From the NCBI GenBank assembly GCA_002269645.1, contig NIVC01001022.1:310001-374000 (forward strand): a DNA stretch of 64,000 nucleotides, written 5' to 3'. A program made the position numbers and the translations under genes. Below are positions 25,936 through 37,330 of this stretch, piece after piece (position 1 is the first letter of the stretch; the number at the start of each line of letters is the position of its first letter). The notes under the pieces are model-generated. The model saw only the letters and a list, made by a program, of their open reading frames with translations, had not been told where the DNA came from and ran no database searches. The DNA is from Macrostomum lignano. Its lineage: Eukaryota.

Positions 25936-26369
25936 TCACGAGAATCACTTTAAAGCCGCTTTAAAATTCATTTAGAAACCACCTTGAAATGCTATAAAAA
26001 GGTCTCCATGTCGTTTTTTGGAGTCGTTATGAAAATCGTCACGATTTTTGGTAGATATGTGACGAATAAACTGCATTGCTTCGAATAATGTATTTAATTA
26101 GAAATTGGTATAAAAGCATGTATAATATTCGAATACAGCCACCCTGCTGAAAGAGGTTTGTCGGCACGATTTGATTCGTCCAATCACAGAGTTTCAAGTC
26201 TGACAGAACTCCTGTGCATAGATATACACTTAGCTCGCTTCTTTATTATTGGACCAAGGCTCAGCTGGCCTAGGTAATAAATCAGAAAGGTAAGCAAAGA
26301 AAATAACATATTTGCTGCGCGCAGAGCCTGTATTCTCCTTATCGATACTGTCGGTCTTGCTTGCACACC

Positions 26370-27015
26370 ATGACTGCCTACTGGCGAACTTTGAGTCAAG
26401 TCTATCGAGCCACTAAGGCATTCTCAACTATATCGCTAGGTTTGTTTTCTGATCAAAGCGACATCGGTGATGCAGAAACTGACGCCGATCAAAATGAGCA
26501 ATCCAATGACTCTACTACGGAGTCTTCATCTTCGAAGTGTAGCATCGGTAGAAGTAGAAGCTGTAGTTCCGCTGACTCGAATAACGCAACAAATGGCGCT
26601 TCATCAGCTCACATAGCTGCCGGCATAGCCGATTGGTTTTCTCGTCGTTGGGACGAATCTTCTGCTTCAAGCGTTGTTGGTATTGATAAAAACCCGCCGT
26701 CCGGGAAGCGTTTCCGCCGATCAGAATCGGAGACAAACGTACAGGCGGCTGGTAGGCATGCACCAGCATTCCAGATACCCAGCTTGCGGAATGCCAGACA
26801 GAGTGGCAGAATGTGCAGTCCCGACGAGAAATTGCGCCAACAACGAATGCATCTACGTCAGCAGAAGTTAATGCGTCAGGCTACTGACGCCACTAGCGCG
26901 GCAATTTTTGCGGCCTCATCTTGCTCAGAAGAATGTCGGCCTTGTTCGCGTAGGCCGTTTATTGATGATGAAGAAAAAAGTGCTGAATTTCCTATTGTTA
27001 ATGATGCGAACCGTG
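26370..27015 (+). CDS. Candidate alternative first exon of a shorter dystrophin isoform (unique ~215-aa N-terminus)
   Basis: ATG at 26370 in non-repetitive ORF 26361..27038 with upstream in-frame stop at 26304; G|GTGAGT donor at 27016 in phase 1, matching the phase-1 acceptor at 30287. Confidence 0.6.
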
Positions 27016-30000
27016 GTGAGTTCAAGGCGTGTCTTTAGCCACTATGATTTGCAAGATAGACTAAGTTCTACGAATTTTGTCAAGCCATATTTTGCAAGAA
27101 AAAAATCAGATCTTCATCTTTCATTACTCTTGGGATAAAACTAATATTCTAGTTTGGTTACTCGTTAGTAGTAGCTTTATATGCGTCAATATTTTTGAGG
27201 AAAAAGTTCTGCTGTCATTTTCTAAGTCGGATCGTTCTAGATCAGATGTGAGATTCTGCTGCTGTAACGAATTCCAATTACGTAGAGAAAGGTGTAAAAA
27301 TTATGTTCTATTAGTAAAAAATATTAATTAATATTGCTTGTTTTGCTCCCTGATAATTGATGGTTAAGCAAGGTCTTCTGTCACGAATCACGATATGTTA
27401 GTCTTTGTTATGCCCGGGTCGGTCCGAAGTTTTTTTTTAAAAGTTTTCAAGAGTTCTGCTTGCTGCATAGTACTCGTAGATGGGATGTAGCCAAGCGATG
27501 GTTCAAACAGTGAAGCCTATGCAATACAAGTGTAAGACTCTGTGTGACCAGTGTAAGCTGTGCAATCCCAGCGGTATGCAAGAAGTGATTAATAATAAGT
27601 GAACTGGAAGTGGGCTCTAGACGGGACTCCATGGGCCTCACGTTGTGGAAAGCAATTTCGTACACTTGACTGGCCTTCAACTTCAGAGATAGAGAGAAAG
27701 AGGGAGGGGAAGAACTTTTTTTCTCTTAAAAGCTTCCTTGCCTCACGGAACGTCGCAGTTATATTGGTGAGTTTGCCTCAGTGCCGATATGATCCTTGCA
27801 GCAGTCTGTATGGGATATTTCTTCTATCTTGCACACAAGGCGTTAAAGATCGTCTTTAAGTTCGTGACATGATCCTCGGGGGCCCAAATAAATATCTGGC
27901 CCGGTTGGCGCATGCATGCTGGTCCAAGCGTCGCCTCTGCTGCATGAATATTTAATAACTTACTTGACGGGGTTGTGGCCAGCTGCTTTGACCCTCGTCA
28001 AATTATTTGTAGAGTTTTAGGCCTCATATTTTACACCTTTTCGGAGTTGTAGTTCCGTATTTAAAGCAGGCCGTCATGCTCTGTTGTGCCCTGTGATTGT
28101 TTCCATTTTTCATCTTCATTCTCGGGCCTCTTGCCCACACACGGTGGATAGTCTGTTCTGCAGTTGTAATTGTTTCCTTATGCCAACGTTCTTATTTCAT
28201 TGATGATAAAAAATCCTGGGTCCTTTCGTATTTGGCGGCTGTCACGTTTCTGTTTCCTTTTAATAACAGGTCATTGCTGTTTATTAATTTGATTAGCTTT
28301 TCTGTCTTGCGTCTCTTGTTTCATTTCGCAAAAAATCTCTATAAAATCTGGAATTCTAGAATTGAAATAGACAACCGGAGTTGAACCAAATCGGATCGAC
28401 CAAAAGAAGAAGTAACAAAGAAGGTCTTAAGAGCTTTTTCCCGTGTCAAAAGTCCCCGTCTTGACTTATTTTTTTGTCTTGACTTCACAGCTGACAGGAT
28501 GAGGTGATGTTATGGCATTTGAAAGGCGAGAGAAAAAAGTCGCTCTCTAAGGCGGCTCAGGGTGGACTTCTGAAGGATTCAACTTTCTCTGATTCCAATT
28601 TTTTTAACATCCCTCTCTTCTATATGCTGTGTTTTTTCGTTTCTCAAGTCCCCCTCTTGAGTTAGAAGACAGAGCGAGAGAATTTGGAAAATATAAAGCT
28701 GGCTGGCTAGGTTTTATCATCTCTCTCACTGTTCCTCTCTTTTCCTTCGCTGCCGCCAGAGCAGAGATGCGTTGTGGAAACTACGAAAGGATGGGGGTGG
28801 CAGGGGGTTGATGGAGCTTAAGGGTTTTTCCTATCCCCCCTCAGCCTCTTTTTGCTCGTTTTTCTTCTCATGCGCATAGACGGTGTTAGAAAAAAATGGG
28901 AGGAGAGGGTGCTCTGGTTTAACCCCCATCCTCGGCGATGGAAAGGAAGGCATCGAAGAAAGGAAAGGGAGAGGGAGGGAGAAGGGGAAGACGGCGACAG
29001 GACTGGCTGGGGAAGAGCATGATGCTGATGCCGACGCTACTGGCTGCTTCAGGAGAAGCGCGGTGTTTGTGCGGTTGGAGATGAGTGAGGCGCGAGATAG
29101 ACAGGGAAATAGAGAGAGAGAGAGATAGAGAGAGGAGACGGACCCCAGGTACAAGATCGGCGGAAAGGCTTGCGCACAAGACTTAAACTCAGTAAAAAAA
29201 GCCTTATGAATAACTTAAATATAATTAAGTCTCTTCAACAAAATTTAAATAGAAAAAAATGTAGTCCAAACTCGCGCCTGCTAAAAATTGGCTTGTTGGT
29301 CTTTTTTTAGTTTCGCATTATTCAACAAAAAAATGCGAATTTGTGCGACCAGTTGTGCGATAAACGTTTCTAAGACATTGTTTTTGACCTTGGTGAGTTT
29401 TTCATTCCTCGCGTAAATTCTTGGCATCTTTGCTTGATTCGGGTATTTTGAGCTTGCCAAAAGAAACATTAGAAGACTTTTATTATCTGTCTATGAAAAT
29501 TATCTAGTGTCGTCGATATGTATCGAAAGCTTAGTCGCGCTGGACAAAAACACGCCCTTATAGTATCTTGCAAAAAATAAGAAAGCATAATAAAAGTGAG
29601 ATCATAGATAAGAAACTGCCATGCGTGGGAAGCTGCATGCGGAGGCGGATTTCGTTTTGCGAAGCAGGAAATAAAATTTAATCAACTCGTCGCATCTTTC
29701 TCCTGACGCCGAGCTTTCCGCGAGCTTACTACTCCCCGCCCCCTCGCTCACTGGATCGGTCTATAGCGCTCTCCATTACTCTCTCGATCCCCATTGGGAA
29801 TAGAGTAAAGACACACGGACCAGGACAGAATGGCAATCCGGTTGGTATTCTCTTCTGGAGCTATCTGTCTCATATTTCACTAGAGCTTGAGGTGTAGCAG
29901 TTGGTCTGTAGCTAGGGAGGAGATAGAGAATTAAGTAATTGAGTTTGGTTGTTGGATTCACTTGACCAGTTTTGCTGGTCTATAGCTTATCTACTACTGC

Positions 30001-30146
30001 TCTCTGTAGTTCCAATTCTGTTTAATAATTTCTGTTCCAAATGCAGCTACACTTGTTAATTGGCTCACGGAATCTTGAAATTAAGCATCGGGAATGCGCT
30101 TGAAAATAACTTCAATATAGAAGCGCGCTAATACTGTACGCAGGCA

Positions 30147-30190
30147 TGTACACTCTCTGCGCCGTCAGGGGGTTGGCCTTCATGGGTGTA
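30147..30190 (-). mobile_element. SINE family 1, short diverged fragment
   Basis: GGCATGTACACTCTCTGCGCCGTCAGGGGGTTGGCC resembles GGCATGTACACTTCACTGCGCCTTGGGGGGTTGGCT at ~5094-5128. Confidence 0.45.
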
Positions 30191-30286
30191 AATCTCAGGA
30201 CAACCCACCGGCCGCGCATGCCCTCTAAACTACTACTACTCAGTACAGTAGTGTGATTCAGTCCTATCACTCTGCCAATCCTACAG

Positions 30287-30936
30287 TCTCCAGCGTAGTG
30301 TCCAGCTGGGAGGCGGCGGAGTCGGGTCTGCACCAGCGGCGCATTGCCATGGAAGAGACCGCCATCGAGCTCCGGCAATGGGAGCAGAACTGCCAGCACC
30401 TGGAGTCGCTGCTGGAGTGCCTGTCGCCGGATTCAGCAACTGGACTGGACGATCTGGACAGCCAGCTGGGTGCCGCCATCGACTCAGGTGCCCAGCTGTG
30501 CGTCAAGCATTCGAAAGAGAACACGGAACCGATGCGGGAGCGTCTGGACCGGCTTAGGCAGGCCCGACTGCGTCTGGCGGAGCGGAAGCGTCAGCAGCAG
30601 CAGCAGCCGAAGCTGCCACCGAAGCCTCCGCCTCATCGCCGGCCCGACGCGCCGCCAACTCCGCCGGTTCGTCAGTCGTCTCGGGAGCGAGTTGTCGGCG
30701 GCGGCACCGCTCAGCCGCCAATCTCCATGGAAGCGATCGGCAGGCTGGATAAGTCCGAGGCTCGACTCCGGCACTGGGAGGTCTCGCTACCGTTGACGCC
30801 GCTAAGGGAAGATTCACTGGCGACGTCTTCTAGCGGCGTTGCCGACGATGAAGAGAATGAAGATGCTGGCGCCGCCGCAGCTGATGAGCTGGCCGAATTA
30901 ACTGAGGAAGAGAGGCGGCTGGCCGGTCAGCTGAAG
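30287..30936 (+). CDS. DMD: Dystrophin exon (spectrin-like repeat plus Pro-rich linker)
   Basis: cctacag acceptor, phase 1; VSSVVSSWEAAESGLHQRRIAMEETAIELRQWEQNCQHLESLL; AAG|GTGAGA donor, phase 0. Confidence 0.85.
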
Positions 30937-30989
30937 GTGAGACATTTTGTACCTGTGCTGTAGTGCTGCTCTATTGTTCTTTTTGATAC

Positions 30990-31006
30990 TACTACTGCTA
31001 CTACTA

Positions 31007-31092
<86 letters not shown>

Positions 31093-31132
31093 AGTACTAG
31101 TACTAATACTAATACTACTACTATTACTACTG

Positions 31133-31204
<72 letters not shown>

Positions 31205-31205
31205 G
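30990..31205. repeat. (ACT)n microsatellite
   Basis: Fills most of intron 30937..31229. Confidence 0.97.
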
Positions 31206-31229
31206 TACACCCACTACTCTATCTCACAG

Positions 31230-31512
31230 GACTTCGACTCTGAATGCGAGTTGGCCACCGCCGAGCTGCAGCTGCTGGCCGCCCATCATCAGCACCAGCA
31301 GCCGGTGTGCAACCGGGCCGCCAGCCTGCTGCACCGGTGGACCCAGCTGGCCCAGCAGCGCGCCACGCCGCTCCGTCAGGATCTTCGCCGGCGTCAGCAC
31401 AGTAGGCGGAGTCGGCGAAGCCAGTCGCAGGCGCTGCAAGTTCGAGTCAAGTCGCTGGTGGACTGGCTGGCCACGGCGGAGGCTGCGTTGCGGCAGCAGC
31501 AGCTCCTGCTTG
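31230..31512 (+). CDS. DMD: Dystrophin exon (end of R22-like, start of R23-like repeat)
   Basis: ctcacag acceptor, phase 0; VKSLVDWLATAEAALRQQQLLLG resembles human R23 LQELLVWLQLKDDELSRQAPIG; G|GTGAGA donor, phase 1. Confidence 0.88.
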
Positions 31513-31524
31513 GTGAGATTTTAG

Positions 31525-32182
31525 ACTGGGGATCTGAGAGTTGGGGAATCTCACCTTGGGGATCTGAGAGTTGAAGGATCTCAACTTGACAATCTGAAAA
31601 TCGGGGATCTCAGCTTGGGGGGTCAGAGAATCGGAGATCTCAGCTTTGGGGATCAGAGAATCGGGGATCTCAGCTTGGGGATCAGTTAATTGGAAATGAA
31701 TGAATCGGGGATCTCAGCTTGGGGACCAGAGAATCGGGGATCTCAGCTTGGGGGATCATAGAATCGGGGATCTCAGCTTGGGGCGTCAGAGAATCGGAGA
31801 TCTCAGCTTTGGGGATCAGAGAATCGGGGATCTCAGCTTGGGGGATCATAGAATCGGGGATCTCAGCTTGGGGACCAGAGAATCGGGGATCTCAGCTTGG
31901 GGAATCATAGAATCGGGGATCTCAGCTTGGGGCGTCAGAGAATCGGAGATCTCAGCTTTGGGGATCAGAGAATCGGGGATCTCAGCTTGGGGACCAGTTA
32001 ATTGGGAATGATTGAATCGGGGATCTCAGCTTGGGGACCAGAGAATCGGGATTTCAGCTTGGGGATCAGCGAATCGGGGATCTCAGCTTGGGGATCAGTT
32101 AATTGGGAATGAATGAATCGGGGATCTCAGCTTGGGGATCAGTTAATTGGGAATGAATGAATCGGGGATCTCAGCTTGGGAT
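31525..32182. repeat. ~29-30 bp minisatellite (GAATCGGGGATCTCAGCTTGGGGATCAGA)
   Basis: Fills nearly all of intron 31513..32213. Confidence 0.93.
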
Positions 32183-32213
32183 CGAACTCAATTAAAACTC
32201 CCCACTTCTCCAG

Positions 32214-32813
32214 GCGGCGACGCCGAGTCAGTTCGATCCGAGCAGACACCCGAGCTCGAACGCCTCGCCAGCGAACTTCGCTCCCGACGTCCTGAGCTCG
32301 ATTCCGTCCTAGCTGACGCCGAGCAGCAGCAGCAGACTGGCTTCCTTGACAACCGGCTCAACCGGTCCATCGGCCAGCTCGATCGCCGATTCCGCGAGCT
32401 CGAATCGCGAATCGACTCGCACTCGGAGTCGCTCCGGCTCGCCCTGCACGGCCTGGCAGCTCTGGAGGACACGGCGGCTCAGGCAGAGTCGGCCGCTGCA
32501 GCGGCCCAACGCGAAGTGGCGGCCTGGTCCTCTGTGGACTCGCTGACCCCAGCCCAGTGCGCCTCAGAGCCCGCCAGGCTGCAGGAGTTCCTGAGCGGCA
32601 CCCTGGAGCCCCTGACCCGCCTGTCAGCCAGTCTGGAGCGTCAGTCTCAGCAACTGTCAGAGGCTCGAGTGGTTCTCAATCACGATTTAGCCAGCAGATT
32701 AAACTATATTAGACAGCAGGTTATGAGCATGCGATCGGCTATTGAACATCGGTGCGGTCTGTTGGCTAATCTTCGAGAGCAACAGCAACAACAACAACAA
32801 CAACAACAACAGC

Positions 32814-32850
<37 letters not shown>

Positions 32851-33501
32851 GCAAAGACAGTCTTTAGTTCCCAATGTCATGACTGCATCCTACGCTTCCA
32901 TGACAGGCTCTGTGCATTCTGTACAACAGCAACAGCAACAGCAGCATCAACAGACAGCTCATCCAGCCGTATCTAACAGCGTCCGACCTCCTTGGCAACG
33001 AATGCTTCATCCTAACGGTAGTCAGCTTCCCTATTATCGCAATGCCGACACCCGAGAAACCAGCTGGGATCATCCGATCATGGCCGAGCTGATGCAGAGC
33101 CTCACGGAGCTGAACTATATCCGGTATGCGGCTTACCGGACCGCCGCTAAGCTACGCAGACTACAGCGGGCCCTGTACTTGGATCTGGTGTCGCTAGGCT
33201 CCGCCGCTGAGGTGTTCAGAGATCACGGCATTGGCACCGCGGCTGCCGGAGATCGACTCATTGACGTGTCCCAGATGACCAGCTGTCTAGCTGGCCTGTT
33301 TGCCAGATGTCGCACACGCGGTGGCGGAGGCGGCAGCAGCGGCAGTAGTGCTGATGCCGGCCTACAAGCCCAGACTATCGACCTGAGCTTGAATTGGCTG
33401 CTCAACGTCTACGATCACGTGAGAAGCGGTAGACTCCGTGTGCTCAGCTTCAAAGTTGGCCTGGTGCTGCTCTGCGCTGCTGGGTTAGAAGACAAATATC
33501 G
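32214..33501 (+). CDS. DMD: Dystrophin exon: R23/R24-like repeats, polyQ, WW domain, EF-hand region 1
   Basis: PWQRMLHPNGSQLPYYRNADTRETSWDHP (WW); YIRYAAYRTAAKLRRLQRALYLDL and LNWLLNVYDHVRSGRLRVLSFKVGLVLLCAAGLEDKYR are diagnostic dystrophin/utrophin motifs; acceptor phase 1, CG|GTGAGC donor phase 2. Confidence 0.97.
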
Positions 33502-33639
33502 GTGAGCGATGTGGCTGCTTGTGTTTTCTGATATTTATTGTGGTCAGTTGTAGCTTATTGACAATCTCAATCACGGCTTGGCCAACTCCGGCCCGCGAAG
33601 CCTCTATCCTGTCATCGGGTCCTTTGAAACTCTCTTCTT

Positions 33640-34045
33640 ACCTCTCCATCTCCCCTCTCCTCTTTCCTCTCCTCTCTCCCCTCTCCTCTCTCCCCTCTCC
33701 TCTCTCCCATCTCCCATCTCCCATCTCCCATCTCTCCTATCTCACATCTCTCCCCTCTCCCCTCTCCTCTCTCCCATCTCCCATCTCCCATCTCCCATCT
33801 CTCCCCTCTCGCCTCTCCTCTCTCCCCTCTCCCCTCTCCTCTCTCCCATCTCCCCTCTCCTCTCTCCCCTCTCCTCTCTCCCATCTCCCATCTCTCCTCT
33901 CTCCCCTCTCCTCTCCCCTCTCCCCTCTCCTCTCTCCCATCTCCCCTCTCCTCTCTCCCCTCTCCCCTCCCCTCTCTCATCTCTTCCATCTCCCCTCTCT
34001 CCTCTCCCTCCCCTTCTCTCCTATCTCTTCCCTCTTCTGTTCCCT
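33640..34045. repeat. CT-rich low-complexity tract (CTCTCC/CTCCC)
   Basis: Direct reading. Confidence 0.9.
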
Positions 34046-34274
34046 CTCCTGTCCACTCTCATCTGGCCAGCGGCTATGAGCTGTGGGTTCTCTATTAGTT
34101 TTTTAAGGTAATTTTGTTTCTGTTTACCTTATTATTTTTTCAATATTCTTATAATATTGTGTGTACAATATTGTATCGTAGACATGCTTTCCTAGAAAAA
34201 TAAGGAACTCGATTTGAGGGAAGAACTTTTCGTGTCATTTCATTCACTGTCCCCTCCCCAACCGCCGTGCCCAG

Positions 34275-34434
34275 CTACCTGTTCTCTGCTGTGGTGGACG
34301 AGCGGGGTGCCCTGGACCAGCGCCGACTAGGGCTACTGCTGCACGACTGCATGCAAGTGCCGAGACACCTGGGCGAAGCCGCCAGTTTCGGTGGCAGTAA
34401 TATTGAGCCATCAGTGAGATCCTGCTTTGATAAG
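34275..34434 (+). CDS. DMD: Dystrophin exon: EF-hand region 2
   Basis: [53 protein letters not shown] closely matches the dystrophin motif; cccag acceptor, AAG|GTGAGT donor. Confidence 0.97.
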
Positions 34435-35339
34435 GTGAGTAAATATCAATATATAGAGAATTTTAATTATGCCTGTTGCTTGCTTTTTGGAAAAAAATTC
34501 CTGGAAGTTTTCTTCTGAGATTATTAATTATTTATTTATTGACAGTTGATATTTTTCTATTCTAGATCATTCCAGAGTTTCTAAAGCAACCTTGTAGTGC
34601 CCCCCTCTGTTTTCGTTGTTTTTTTTTTTTGATTTTCGCAACGTACTTCATATTATTAATAGTAGAATTTATTAACGAAAATGCTATAAAAAACAACGTC
34701 AGGCCTCTGGCCAAGCCCCGACCGGACTGTCCCGAGCCGACAGTCGGCGCTATCGCCGTATGCCGCGCGATTTGCATCGCCAATTGGCTAATGAGCTGCG
34801 CGCGATTGTTGATAATGATTTTGATGCCGAATCGCAGGTCAGTCTGAGGTCTTTTGTCACTAATACATGTAAACCGCGTTTTTAATAGATTTGCGGCTTG
34901 CATTGTACTACTTATATCGCTTTTACTAGTAGTATTGCTGTAGTATACTAGTTTAATATCAGAGAAATACAAACGAATCTTAAGTAGTTTTAATTCATTG
35001 TTAACATTTAAATTCAAATAAATTCGTTTTTGTTTGTTTGAAGTTGATTTTTTGTTTAATTTTTTACTCAAAATAGTTTTTTCTCCATATGTTTTGCTGT
35101 GATTGTTAAATCGATTATAACTTTGATTTATAGAATGTCTTGATTCTAGATTCCTAATATACATACATGTATGTGCATAAAGTCATTATCTTCGATCAGT
35201 TTTAGTGTGCTAACTAATTGAAGCCAATTCTAATTAATAGTTTTTTTCGCAAGTTGGATTAATCAGGTTAATATTGCTTAAAGTTTATGCTCTTATTTTT
35301 ACATACACCGGTACTACCGATTTTAAAATCTCTGTCCCA

Positions 35340-36068
35340 CCTCAAAACGCTGCCCAGGACTTCTATTACCCCGTTCTCTCTGCCCCACCCACCCCAAAAC
35401 TTGTTGAATAACCCTGCCCGGGACTTTTATTGCCCCGTTTTCTCCGCCCCACCCACCCCAACACTCGTTGAATAACCCTGCCCGGGACTTTTATTGCCCC
35501 GTTCTCTCCGCCCCACCCAACCCAAGACTCGTTGAATAACCCTGCCCGGGACTTTTATTGCCCCGTTCTCTCTGCCCCACCCAACCCAAGACTCGTTGAA
35601 TAACCCTGCCCGGGACTTTTATTGCCCCGTTCTCTCTGCCCCACCCAACCCAAGACTCGTTGAATAACCCTGCCCGGGACTTTTATTGCCCCGTTTTCTC
35701 CGCCCCACCGACCCCAACACTCGTTGAATAACCCTGCCCGGGACTTTTATTGCCCCGTTTTCTCCGCCCCACCCACCCCAACACTCGTTGAATAACCCTG
35801 CCCGGGACTTTTATTGCCCCTTTCTCTCCGCCCCACTCAACCCAACACTCGTTGAATAACCCTGCCCAGGACTTTTATTGCCCCGTTCTCTCTGCCCCAC
35901 CCGGCACCCACCCCAACACTCGTTGAATAACCCTGCCCAGGACTTTTATTGCCCCTTTCTCTCCGCCCCACTCAACCCAACACTCGTTGAATAACCCTGC
36001 CCAGGACTTTTATTGCCCCGTTCTCTCTGCCCCACCCGGCACCCACCCCAACACTCGTTGAATAACCC
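35340..36068. repeat. 64-bp minisatellite, about 11 copies
   Basis: Unit ACTCGTTGAATAACCCTGCCCGGGACTTTTATTGCCCCGTTCTCTCCGCCCCACCCAACCCAAG; period 64 (35463 to 35527). Confidence 0.93.
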
Positions 36069-36152
36069 TCCCTGCCGTCTATGCCAGACCGAAAATTGAC
36101 TTATTTATGCCAGAAATTTTATCTATGCCAATATACTTATCTAAACCAACAG

Positions 36153-36952
36153 ACACAGAGCAGTGGAATCCGACTGTCGCACTTCTTGGCATGGCTTCGC
36201 CTCGAGCCCCAGTCAATAGTTTGGCTACCTGTGCTACACCGGCTCACCTGCTCGGAGCACTCTCTCCACCAGGCCCGCTGCTCATCCTGCAAAGCGATGC
36301 CAATGCGCGGCCTTCGCTACAAGTGCCTGAAATGCTTCAATCTCAACCTGTGTCAGCAATGCTTCTTCTCCGGTCGATCGGCCCGGCATCACAAAGTGAC
36401 TCATCCGATGCAGGAGTACGTCCGACCGCCTGGCAGCGGCGACGGTATTCGCAGTTTGAGTCGGACTCTTAGAAACAAGCTGCGAATCGGCGGCGGCAGC
36501 GGAGGCCACGGCGGCGGCGGCGGCTTCAGCAGCGACCTGGGCGACGGCGGAGGCGGCGGCGCTACCGGCGGCGGCGGGTCCCGCGGCGGCTCGCCGGCCA
36601 AGCTGGGCTACCTGCCCGTCCAGACAGTCCGCGAAGGCCAGGCCATCGAGTCGCCGGCCGGGTCGCCGGCGCACACGTCCAGCCGGGACATGCACAACCG
36701 AGTGGAGGCCTATGCTTCCAGGCTAGCTGAAGTCGAGCAGCAGCAGCAGCAACGGCAGGACAGTCAGAAGATGCCGAAACAGCCGCCCCCGCCTCCGGCT
36801 TCGCCTCTGCCTCATAAAACTGCCACTACTACTAATAGTAGTGCTACTAATACTACTCAACCGCTGCAGCACTCGTTCCCAGCTGATGCGGCCGCCGCCG
36901 ATCGACCGAGTCCTCAGCAGCAGAAATTTGCGTCTACAAGTTTAGTGAACAG
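36153..36952 (+). CDS. DMD: Dystrophin exon: ZZ zinc finger and first syntrophin-binding segment
   Basis: WLRLEPQSIVWLPVLHRL; CSSCKAMPMRGLRYKCLKCFNLNLCQQCFFSG (ZZ); LGYLPVQTV; DMHNRVEAYASRLAEVE; ccaacag acceptor, AG|GTAATT donor. Confidence 0.97.
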
Positions 36953-37330
36953 GTAATTAATCAATCTACGAGATCAGTTCTTCAGAGTCGTTGCAGGTAG
37001 CAGATAAATTATTAGGAAAGAAGCGACTCAATCCGACTCTGAAACGACCGATATGTCACGGTACGATACAAGTTCCCAAAATGTCGTCAAAGAGTCGCCT
37101 AAGGAGAGTCAATTTGAGGTATTCTATTGTCTGCGACTCTGAAACAAAATGACTCTGAAATGAATTAGAATCGCATTTCGCATATATCACGGTAAGGCTT
37201 TCAATAGGTGTCTGTCGCTGTGATTTTGCAGCAGCAATGCCCAAAGCCCCAATTTTGCTGTCTAAACGTCAGCTCTGCATCCTAAATTTAATCAGTTGAC
37301 ATTCATTTGTTCTTCTCTTTACATTTTCAG

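Noticed and set aside
28860-29156. Purine-rich segment ending in CCCAG|GTACAA as another dystrophin first exon
   Set aside because: ATG-initiated frames hit stops before the donor; at most a non-coding exon, unsupported without transcripts
33485-33487. Genome-wide reassignment of UUA from Leu to Ser, suggested by the Ser-body TAA tRNA
   Set aside because: TTA at 33485-33487 encodes the conserved Leu of (A/H)LEDKYR in dystrophin, so UUA still means Leu
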